Source: an uncultured Bacteroidia bacterium
GTDB taxonomy: Bacteria; Bacteroidota; Bacteroidia; Bacteroidales; CAJPTX01
Length of the DNA stretch: 64,000 bases
Direction of reading: 5' to 3'
NCBI GenBank assembly: GCA_938038735.1
Contig: CALHSW010000076.1
Span: 413 to 64,412, forward strand
Shown here: positions 56,985-64,000 of the stretch, piece by piece
Layout of the letters: every line of letters starts with the position of its first letter
Position numbering within the stretch: the first letter of the stretch is position 1
Translations under genes and position numbers: made by a program
The notes under the pieces: model-generated
The model's input: the letters and a program-made list of their open reading frames with translations, nothing else
What the model was told of the DNA's origin: nothing
Databases searched by the model: none

Positions 56985-58289
56985 CTAAATCACATCTTGC
57001 GTAACGTCTCTACGCATGTACTTCCCATCAAAATTTACCGCTTCGGCAGTTCTATAGGCGCACGCCGCGGCCGCCTCAATGGTTGCACCCGCCCCGCACG
57101 CCGAGATGACCCGCCCGCCATTCACATACAGCTCCCCATCCTCTTTGGATGTCACTCCCGAGTAGATAACGTGCCCACTGGCGGGTACATTGGCATCGTC
57201 AACGTCAATGCGCATGCCCTTTCGGGGTGCCTCTGGATACCCTGTCGCGGCAAGCGTTACCGACACGCACGCATCGCGCGTACATTTTGCCTTACGCTGA
57301 CCGAGCGCCCCGCACCGCATGGCTCGGAATATCTCAAACAGCGACTCATCAAGCCGTGGAAGGACAGCCTGCGTCTCGGGATCCCCCATGCGGGCGTTAT
57401 ACTCAATTACGTATGGCGAACCATCTTCCAATCGGATCAGCCCAAAGAACACAAAACCTTTATAATCTATATTCTCTTCCCTCAGGCCATCAAGCGTTGG
57501 CTTCACGATCCGGGTGACAACGCTCTCCATAAAACTATCATCGGCAAATGGCACTGGTGACACTGACCCCATTCCGCCCGTATTCGGACCCTTGTCGCCT
57601 TCCCCCAGACGTTTATAATCCTTAGCCTCAGGGAGCAGCACGTAGTTACCTTCCCCATCGGTTACTATAAATACCGACACCTCAATGCCCGACAAGAACT
57701 CCTCAATCACCACCCGACTGCTCGCTTCCGCAAACTTTCCGTCAAAATAGCTTCGTAGCGTCTCTTCCGCTTCGCCTAGCGTTTGGCATATTGCTACACC
57801 CTTACCAGCTGCCAGCCCATCAGCCTTTATGACGTATGGGGCGCGCATTGTATGCAGAAATCGCACCGCCTCCTCCGCTTGCGACGCATCAAAGCTCTCG
57901 TAGCGTGCGGTTGGGATTCCATGCCGTTGCATAAAAGCCTTTGCAAACGATTTGCTTCCCTCTAGCCTTGCGCCCTCTTTGGATGGCCCAACGAGCATAA
58001 CGTCTTGCAACCCATTTTCTTCCGCAAAGTAATTCGCTATTCCCTCCACGAGGGGGCCCTCCGGCCCCACCACCACCATCTCCGCCATCGTGGCCTGCGC
58101 CAGCGCCCCAATTCCGGCAAAATCCATCACGCTCCCCGCCCCGTGGCAAATGATACCATCCTTTGCCATACCAGCGTTCCCCGGCCACGCATGTACCTCC
58201 TTTACTGCCGGCTCGTTCTTGAGCCTTCTCGCCAACGCATGTTCGCGTCCCCCGCCTCCCACAACAACTACTACCCCGCTGCTATTCAT
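56985..58289 (-). CDS. purD: Phosphoribosylamine--glycine ligase
   Basis: VVVVGGGGREHAL N-terminus, ATP-grasp core, GGRVISACG near the C-terminus. Start set to the ATG at 58289; the track uses GTG at 58301. Confidence 0.92.
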   Translation of the reverse strand: MNSSGVVVVVGGGGREHALARRLKNEPAVKEVHAWPGNAGMAKDGIICHGAGSVMDFAGIGALAQATMAEMVVVGPEGPLVEGIANYFAEENGLQDVMLVGPSKEGARLEGSKSFAKAFMQRHGIPTARYESFDASQAEEAVRFLHTMRAPYVIKADGLAAGKGVAICQTLGEAEETLRSYFDGKFAEASSRVVIEEFLSGIEVSVFIVTDGEGNYVLLPEAKDYKRLGEGDKGPNTGGMGSVSPVPFADDSFMESVVTRIVKPTLDGLREENIDYKGFVFFGLIRLEDGSPYVIEYNARMGDPETQAVLPRLDESLFEIFRAMRCGALGQRKAKCTRDACVSVTLAATGYPEAPRKGMRIDVDDANVPASGHVIYSGVTSKEDGELYVNGGRVISACGAGATIEAAAACAYRTAEAVNFDGKYMRRDVTQDVI

Positions 58290-58344
58290 TTCTTTACCCA
58301 CTCTAATCGATTAAGCAACTGTGACTCTCAATGCAAAGCCCTAT

Positions 58345-59952
58345 CTACATAGGCATCGCCGCAAGAATCTTCACCGCGATCAGCAGCGACACCATCGCCA
58401 CGGGGTACACCGTGGCGTACACCATGCTCGGCGTCTCATCCTGCGCCATTGAGCTGCAGGCCGCCAACCCTGGCGTACTGGTCATCCCGCCCGTAATCAC
58501 CCCGAAAAGTTCAAAGATTGACAGCTTGAAAACCCACTTGTTTAAGAGTAGTGCCGCAATCAATGGCACCAAAGTGATTATCGCACCCACCCCTATGAGT
58601 TTGAAACCAGACTGCGAAATGGTTGCCACTAAGTTCTCCCCTGCGCTTGTGCCAACCCCCGCTAAAAAGAATAGCAACCCTAGCTGCCGCAGCAGGTTGT
58701 TGGCCGCGCTACTCATGGTCCACATTATGGGTCCCGTTTTTCCTATATTGCTCAGCACGAGTGCCGTAATCAGCACTCCGCCAGTAATACCAAGGCTTAC
58801 CTCCAGCGCGCCACCAAATGACATTATTATCTTTCCCACCAGGATACCCAAGGAGATACCTAGCGCCACGGGAAGAAAATCGGTGTCGGATAGAGCGCGA
58901 GAGTTGTTTCCTAGCATTTTTGCCACCTTTTCAAAATCCTCCTTCCTGCAGCCTATCGTTACCTTATCTCCAAACTTTAGCGGGGTGGATGGCTGTGCCG
59001 TAAAGTCAATCCCCGCCCGACGTATCCTCGTCACCACTGCATTGCACCCATTGTGAATCTGCACCTTGCTAATGGGCTGATTTATAATACTCTTATTCGT
59101 CACCAGCACGCTCTGTATGACGTAGTCAGACTTGAGGGGCATCTTCATCTCGGTTTGCCTCCCTACCAAAAGTGCAAATTGCTCTAGATCGTGCTCCGTA
59201 CCCACCGCGCGCAACACGTCACCCGACTCTAAGCGGGTATCGGGCGATGGGGTAACTACCTCTTCCCCCTTCTGTACACGGCTCACCGTGCAGCCTGTCA
59301 TACGGCGCAAGTCTATGTCCTTCAACGTCTTCCCGAATATGGTATCATTTTCAACTCGAAAATCTTTCGTCACAACATCTGCAACCTTCTCATCGCTCGA
59401 AGCCTTAAACTGCTTAAACGCCTCCGCTATGTCAAGACGCATTATTTTCGGCAGCAACTTAACAAATAAGATTACGCCTATTACGCCAAACGGATAGGCG
59501 ATACCGTAGCCTATCGAGGCATTCGGCGACTGGGTAGCCTCAATGGCAACCGACAAGCCCGGCGTGCTAGTCAACGCCCCTGAAATGATACCCGCAATCA
59601 TATCGGGATGCACATCAAAAGCATACATCAGACCGATAGATACCAGCAGCGCAATGAGTACGATGAGCGATGCAAAGGCTACGTACTTCCGTCCCTTCTT
59701 CCTAAAGGCATCAACAAACCCCGGCCCAGCTTGTATTCCCACGGTAAATATAAACAGCACAAGCCCAATGGATTGAACAATCGCTGGTACCTGGATGCCG
59801 TAGTGCCCAAAGAGCAACGCGACAAATATTACTGCCGACACGTCAAAGGAAAACCCAAATATCTTTATGTTCCCTACGACGAAGCCCAACGCTATGATTA
59901 AAAATAGCGAAAATGTGGGGCTATCCCGCAAAAATTCTAGTATTCCTTCCAT
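58345..59952 (-). CDS. YidE/YbjL/AspT-family transporter with two central RCK_C (TrkA-C) domains
   Basis: Duplicated membrane halves with (F/I)TGGxxxTPGL-type motifs (GALTSTPGL, GGMTSTPGL) flanking two TrkA-C-like soluble domains. Confidence 0.85.
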   Translation of the reverse strand: MEGILEFLRDSPTFSLFLIIALGFVVGNIKIFGFSFDVSAVIFVALLFGHYGIQVPAIVQSIGLVLFIFTVGIQAGPGFVDAFRKKGRKYVAFASLIVLIALLVSIGLMYAFDVHPDMIAGIISGALTSTPGLSVAIEATQSPNASIGYGIAYPFGVIGVILFVKLLPKIMRLDIAEAFKQFKASSDEKVADVVTKDFRVENDTIFGKTLKDIDLRRMTGCTVSRVQKGEEVVTPSPDTRLESGDVLRAVGTEHDLEQFALLVGRQTEMKMPLKSDYVIQSVLVTNKSIINQPISKVQIHNGCNAVVTRIRRAGIDFTAQPSTPLKFGDKVTIGCRKEDFEKVAKMLGNNSRALSDTDFLPVALGISLGILVGKIIMSFGGALEVSLGITGGVLITALVLSNIGKTGPIMWTMSSAANNLLRQLGLLFFLAGVGTSAGENLVATISQSGFKLIGVGAIITLVPLIAALLLNKWVFKLSIFELFGVITGGMTSTPGLAACSSMAQDETPSMVYATVYPVAMVSLLIAVKILAAMPM

Positions 59953-60027
59953 TTCTCTACCAATTTGATATCATCCTTCTCAATTTAATGGGACCTTCTC
60001 TGCACCAATGTTCTGCATCGCCAGGCC

Positions 60028-61434
60028 CTATGCGCTTTCCAGTGATAGATGGGCTTTACACCGCTGAAGCAACTCGCCATCAACCCCAAGAAGCTCAGCG
60101 ATTTGTATAGCCTCAAGTGGCACGTCACCCGCAGCGTCCTCTTCAAGCGTATAGTCAATGTAGCGATTGATATTATCAAGGCCAAGGGCCCCCTCTACCC
60201 GCTCCTTCCTAAAGCCCTTCACCTTGAGCCGGTGGCAGGGTACGCTTATCCCGCCGTAATGGGTGGTAACAACCGCACGTACACCGCACGCCTGGAGAAG
60301 CTCCACCACTCCGCATACAATGGCTCGTCCCTCCGTGGGGTTCGTGGTGCGCGCCAGCTCATCAATGAGCACCAGCAATCGCTTACCCTCCTTCGCGGCT
60401 GTGATAATTCGGTTGACCCGCAGCATCTCTGCCCCAAACGACGACAGCCCCTCCCGATGATCCTGCCCATCGCCCATAGAGGTTAGCACCTCGTCCACCA
60501 AGGGCAATGTAGCCGAACGGGCAGCCACAAAAAGGCCGAATTGCGCCATGTACTGCGCCAGCTGAATGCTCTGCAAAAGCACGCTCTTACCCGCCATGTT
60601 CGCGCCTGTCACAATGGTTACACCATCGGGCAGCGCAACGTCAACGCGCTGAAATTTCGCCCCTCGTTCCGCAAGTTTGGCCGCCACCTCGGGGTGTTGC
60701 AGCCCTTCCAGCCGTAGCCTATCATCCCTAAGCACAGGCCTCGTCAATTCTAACTGCTGCGCCATGAAGGCCTTACCTAGTAGCAAGTCAAGCCGCGCCA
60801 CGCCTGCAAGCGCCTCTTCAAGCACGCCTGCAAATGGCTGCAGGCGGCGCGTCACGGCACGCCGCACCGCATCTTCTATCTCTACGCAGTGCAGTCTCTG
60901 CGCCTCTATGCTATCGTCGTCGGCTTTCTCCCGCTGCATCTGCTCCAGCAAGGTTCTCGCATCGCGTAGCTCATCGCTGTACTCATCGTATACGTAGAAA
61001 TGCGGTATCCGCTTCCCTTGGGGGTCAAGCACGGCAATCGCCTCATCAAGATCCGGCAACTCCACGCAGGTATAGCCCAACTCTCTTAGCTGCAGCCGCA
61101 CCTCCATTGCCCTTATCGCAAAGCTCTTAATCTCAAAGAGCTCAATATCATCACGTACTGATCCCCCATGCAGGTAGTTCAAGCTGCCCTGCACATCCTG
61201 AATTTGGCACATACGAGCCATTAAAAGGTCTCGCTGCGACACCCCTTCCTTAGCAAAAAATACCGACAGCGTCGACTCAATAGCCTCGTACTCTTCATTA
61301 AGCGCGTCAGCATCGTAGAGCATCGCCGACTCTCCGAGCGCACGCTGCCCAGGCCCAGAATGCACCTGCCAATTGTCCACCACGTAGCGCATGCCTGGCA
61401 CACTCTTTATCGCATCATGAAGTCTAAACGCCAT
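60028..61434 (-). CDS. MutS-related ATPase (MutS domain V only; no mismatch-binding or Smr domain)
   Basis: Walker A TGANMAGKSVLLQSI, Walker B LLVLIDELARTTNPTEG, THY motif. 468 aa. Confidence 0.82.
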   Translation of the reverse strand: MAFRLHDAIKSVPGMRYVVDNWQVHSGPGQRALGESAMLYDADALNEEYEAIESTLSVFFAKEGVSQRDLLMARMCQIQDVQGSLNYLHGGSVRDDIELFEIKSFAIRAMEVRLQLRELGYTCVELPDLDEAIAVLDPQGKRIPHFYVYDEYSDELRDARTLLEQMQREKADDDSIEAQRLHCVEIEDAVRRAVTRRLQPFAGVLEEALAGVARLDLLLGKAFMAQQLELTRPVLRDDRLRLEGLQHPEVAAKLAERGAKFQRVDVALPDGVTIVTGANMAGKSVLLQSIQLAQYMAQFGLFVAARSATLPLVDEVLTSMGDGQDHREGLSSFGAEMLRVNRIITAAKEGKRLLVLIDELARTTNPTEGRAIVCGVVELLQACGVRAVVTTHYGGISVPCHRLKVKGFRKERVEGALGLDNINRYIDYTLEEDAAGDVPLEAIQIAELLGVDGELLQRCKAHLSLESA

Positions 61435-61472
61435 GTATACCTACTACTATTCCTACAACGTCACTCTCGGCG

Positions 61473-61480
61473 CAAAGGTA
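61473..61480 (-). promoter_or_regulatory. -7 box TACCTTTG upstream of the MutS-related gene
   Basis: Plus-strand CAAAGGTA, 39 nt upstream of the ATG at 61434. Confidence 0.45.
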
Positions 61481-61631
61481 GCGTAATTATTTCTAAATCC
61501 ATCTCGCCATACGCTCCCTCTGCACTCCTCCCCCTTTCTCTGCCTTAACCTTCGCAGCAAAAAAATGTATCCAAGGCACTGACAAAAGATGGGGTATAAG
61601 GGAGCATATATCGTACTGAAGAGGTACCCTC

Positions 61632-61683
61632 TTCGCATCAAATTCGGATTTCTCCGGAGAAATCCGAATTTGATGCGAAGGGG
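61632..61683. repeat. Palindromic intergenic repeat, copy 2 (52 bp identical to 25754-25805; perfect 50-bp palindrome at 61631-61680)
   Basis: Same 52-mer as copy 1. Here complementarity extends imperfectly to about 61624-61687. Confidence 0.9.
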
Positions 61684-61895
61684 GTGCGAGTTTGATGGCT
61701 CTTGGAAACGCCCCCACGGGAACCACTTGCCTTTTTTCCTCAATAGGATAAGCCGCTGAGAAACGTAGGTTCCCCATTTTGTCCTCAAAACAATCACACT
61801 TAGCATGACCGTTTACAATCCGATATCGCACAACGAGTTAAATTGCAATTACGACGACCGGACTTCCTAAAAAATGGCCTCGTTGCCGGTACGGA

Positions 61896-61926
61896 TTTGC
61901 GTATTCTCACTTTTGTTGTACCTTTG
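61896..61926 (+). promoter_or_regulatory. Canonical Bacteroidota promoter TTTG-N19-TACCTTTG with no protein-coding gene directly downstream
   Basis: -33 TTTG at 61896-61899 and -7 TACCTTTG at 61919-61926. Confidence 0.65.
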
Positions 61927-61932
61927 CGCTAG

Positions 61933-62006
61933 GGGAGGACCTTGAGATGTTCTCATCTTAAGGTTTGCGGCTCGGGCGGTGGTGGTACGCCTGAGCCGCT
62001 TTTTTT
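61933..62006 (+). ncRNA. Candidate ~75-nt small RNA or leader (two hairpins, the second an intrinsic terminator)
   Basis: Hairpin 1: CCTTGAGATG-TTCT-CATCTTAAGG (61940-61963). Hairpin 2: GCGGCTCGGGCG / CGCCTGAGCCGC (61967-61999) followed by seven T. The 5' end is inferred from the -7 box. Confidence 0.45.
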
Positions 62007-62135
62007 GTAATAATCCCCTTACGTAGGCTCTTTTTCTGGCGTCCTGCCGTAACGATTAAACCCTTTTTGCAAGCGCAAGGAAGGTCTATAGATTGCGTAG
62101 CGCGAATGATATTCAATAGCTAATGCATTTTTCAC

Positions 62136-62143
62136 TACTTTTG
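62136..62143 (+). promoter_or_regulatory. -7 box TACTTTTG upstream of the untracked long ORF
   Basis: Exact TAnnTTTG match 35 nt upstream of the ATG at 62178. Confidence 0.45.
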
Positions 62144-62177
62144 CAGCGGACGCTGCGCTCCGTCTCGCACCAATAAC

Positions 62178-64000
62178 ATGTTTTGTATGTCATTTAATTT
62201 TTCTTGCCCTCCTATCGCTATGCGCTTGAGTCAAGCCATCAATGACTTATCGGATAGAATTAATTGCCTAGATGAGGCAGGGGCTAAGCATGACGATGCG
62301 GAGCGATTGGTGTATAACCTATTGCTATTATACCACAAATCGCTGAACAGAAGCATTCTATCGCGCCAAGCGCATTTTAAATTCGAGAAGGCAGCTCCTT
62401 ATGCTGACATTAGCGATGAGATGCTGGACGACTACAATTACGCCATGCGCACTCTCCTTACGCTATGTCCTTACAATGAGCGTTTTATTCGTTTCATAAA
62501 CTCTAAAACATCTACTGAAAACGCTACGCAAAACGATTTCCGCCCATACGATGCAGCGTTTTCAGCGCTACCTTTTATCAACTTTACGCCGCTCTGCCTC
62601 TACTCGCCCAATTTAGGGAAATTTTACATCTACCCCACCTTCATTTTGTACTATTCGCCCGCGTCTACCCTTCACGAGGTGGAGGTGCTTTCGCTCAAAC
62701 GAGGGATGGTGGATCTTGAAGTGCTCCCCGATGAAAATATGGATAGCGAGCGCACGGGGGCTTTAATTCGTATCTCGCTTTGGAAAAGCAACTTAACGTT
62801 GCAATTCGCATTCTCCCCTATAGGGATGGATATCTACGATGCACTCAGCACCCACTGCACCTCTTTCGGATTGCCAATCGGTAGCGTAAGTTATGCCAGA
62901 GAAGACGAAGACTCCATAAGTATCCCACTGCTTCGGTCGGCTACCCTACTCCACGATGGTGTCGCATCCATACCCGCCATAGCAGAATCCCTGCAACTCG
63001 ATTTGCGTACCGCGGCCGACACGTTAGCCGCGGCCTACAGCCTTGAGTGGTACGGCGTGAGCCAAAACGGCACGCCGTGGATTAGACCAATTAGCTATAC
63101 AGAATACACTCTCAAGGCCATTGGGAGCTATAGCACCATTTCAAGAAAAGAGGCCGATAGGATTTTTTTATCACGCATTTCAGCCGATTTCTTTAACGCC
63201 TCCCTATTCTACGTCAGAAGGTTGTTTCAGCTCGCCGGCATTACGGAGGAGCCAATAGCGCAGCCCTCCGTTTCCAAGGAGGAAGGGGTGGTCATTGACC
63301 TATTGGAAATCTCATTTAGCATTAAAAATTTCAATCTTTACCAGGACCTTGGCTCATTGCCAATAATGCAGGCTCTATTCATCGTCCTGCTTCCTGACGT
63401 TCCGCTCACGCTCCGCACCTTCAAATTTGCCTTTCTAAAATGGCCCCACGCCATGATTGTCGCCGCTTCCATTCTTGCGAGGGTAGATCGTTGCCCAGAA
63501 GTTGAGGATGCCAAGTTCTATACGGTACGGTACGCAGCCCAATCCTCAATGCGTGAGGCGAATGATGCGATTTCCACATTGCGTGGCATCGCGCAGCTTA
63601 TGGCCAATTGCTGCGGGATAGAAGCGCAGCAGGATTTCCCAAATCTCATCAAGAACCTTGCGCCTCGCACCAATATCCATGTCGGATTTGATCCATTCGG
63701 CGTGGCGTTGCCTGTGCTTGTCAAATATAATAAAATCATTGGCGATAATAATGCCCACCAAATTACATTCTTCTTGCTCTACCTCTCGTTTAGGATTCTC
63801 CATGAGATGCCCCATCGCCCCAAAGACACAACTAGGGCGTTCTTCTTTCTTAGCGACTGCTGGGGCACTCTCCCCTTCCTGTTCTATGAAACGGCGCTAC
63901 GCCTTGCGCAGCTACCCTTCCATTCTTTTCGCTACGCGCAGTATAATTTGAGCCGCAGGGGGATAGACCCGGAAGAGCTGATCGCGGCCTTTGAGAGAGC
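62178..64000 (+). CDS. Large hypothetical protein, 5' part only (more than 607 codons, runs off the window end); absent from the supplied ORF track
   Basis: Codon-by-codon reading from ATG 62178 (frame opens after TAA at 62121-62123) to 64000 finds no stop. Begins MFCMSFNFSCPPIAMRLSQAINDLSD.... HEMPH (HExxH) at 63801-63815. Alternative in-frame ATGs at 62187 and 62220. Confidence 0.85.
   Translation, partial: MFCMSFNFSCPPIAMRLSQAINDLSDRINCLDEAGAKHDDAERLVYNLLLLYHKSLNRSILSRQAHFKFEKAAPYADISDEMLDDYNYAMRTLLTLCPYNERFIRFINSKTSTENATQNDFRPYDAAFSALPFINFTPLCLYSPNLGKFYIYPTFILYYSPASTLHEVEVLSLKRGMVDLEVLPDENMDSERTGALIRISLWKSNLTLQFAFSPIGMDIYDALSTHCTSFGLPIGSVSYAREDEDSISIPLLRSATLLHDGVASIPAIAESLQLDLRTAADTLAAAYSLEWYGVSQNGTPWIRPISYTEYTLKAIGSYSTISRKEADRIFLSRISADFFNASLFYVRRLFQLAGITEEPIAQPSVSKEEGVVIDLLEISFSIKNFNLYQDLGSLPIMQALFIVLLPDVPLTLRTFKFAFLKWPHAMIVAASILARVDRCPEVEDAKFYTVRYAAQSSMREANDAISTLRGIAQLMANCCGIEAQQDFPNLIKNLAPRTNIHVGFDPFGVALPVLVKYNKIIGDNNAHQITFFLLYLSFRILHEMPHRPKDTTRAFFFLSDCWGTLPFLFYETALRLAQLPFHSFRYAQYNLSRRGIDPEELIAAFER

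Noticed and set aside
58331-59056. A 241-aa plus-strand ORF
   Set aside because: It is antisense to the YidE/AspT-family transporter, whose duplicated transporter motifs and RCK_C domains support the minus-strand frame.
61947-61961. The mini-ORF ATG-TTC-TCA-TCT-TAA inside the sRNA candidate, considered as a leader peptide
   Set aside because: It is only 4 codons, sits inside hairpin 1 and has no regulatory-codon logic (no runs of a single amino acid). It is kept only as a remark.
63518-63815. Two minus-strand ORFs (73 and 89 aa)
   Set aside because: They lie antisense within the 607-codon open plus-strand frame, which is far more likely to be the real gene.
1-64000. A search for CRISPR arrays, IS elements, integrases/transposases, prophage modules and toxin-antitoxin pairs
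   Set aside because: No regularly spaced direct repeats, no DDE/tyrosine-recombinase-like ORFs and no phage structural genes were recognised in any frame. The only repeated element found is the 52-bp palindrome.

Overview
This 64-kb window looks like a chromosomal segment from a Bacteroidota (Bacteroidales-like) genome. The evidence is a complete MoxR/DUF58/BatA-E aerotolerance operon, a SusC/SusD pair, a 286-aa RpoD, a long-form NusB, and exact TAnnTTTG -7 promoter boxes 12-60 nt upstream of most of the starts they precede (about 240 nt for susC). Most of the window is housekeeping: gltX, dapF, mutL, ispG, rpoD, sufE, queG, ilvA, parC, purD, nusB-yajC-coaE, tRNA-His and tRNA-Arg. No transposase, integrase, prophage or CRISPR array was seen.

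The most interesting locus is a compact minus-strand operon at 21.07-25.32 kb. It encodes a 64-aa peptide with a double-glycine leader and a C-x3 cysteine-repeat core (miscalled as a 92-aa ORF in the track). Next come a 500-aa radical SAM/SPASM enzyme with an RRE-like N-terminus and, 9 nt further on, a 791-aa TonB-dependent-receptor-like outer-membrane barrel. This fits the bioinformatically defined but, to my knowledge, experimentally uncharacterised CXXX-repeat radical-SAM RiPP class, here with an unusual outer-membrane partner.

Other points worth a second look:
- A 52-bp, 100% identical, near-perfect palindrome occurs twice (25.75 kb and 61.63 kb), each time in a divergent promoter region.
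- A canonical promoter, two hairpins and a terminator form an orphan unit (candidate sRNA) at 61.9-62.0 kb.
- An ORF of more than 1.8 kb (62178 to the window end) is absent from the supplied ORF track because it has no in-window stop.
- An orphan Dam-type methyltransferase sits next to tRNA-His.

All calls rest on reading motifs in the translations and sequence by eye. No database search was run.
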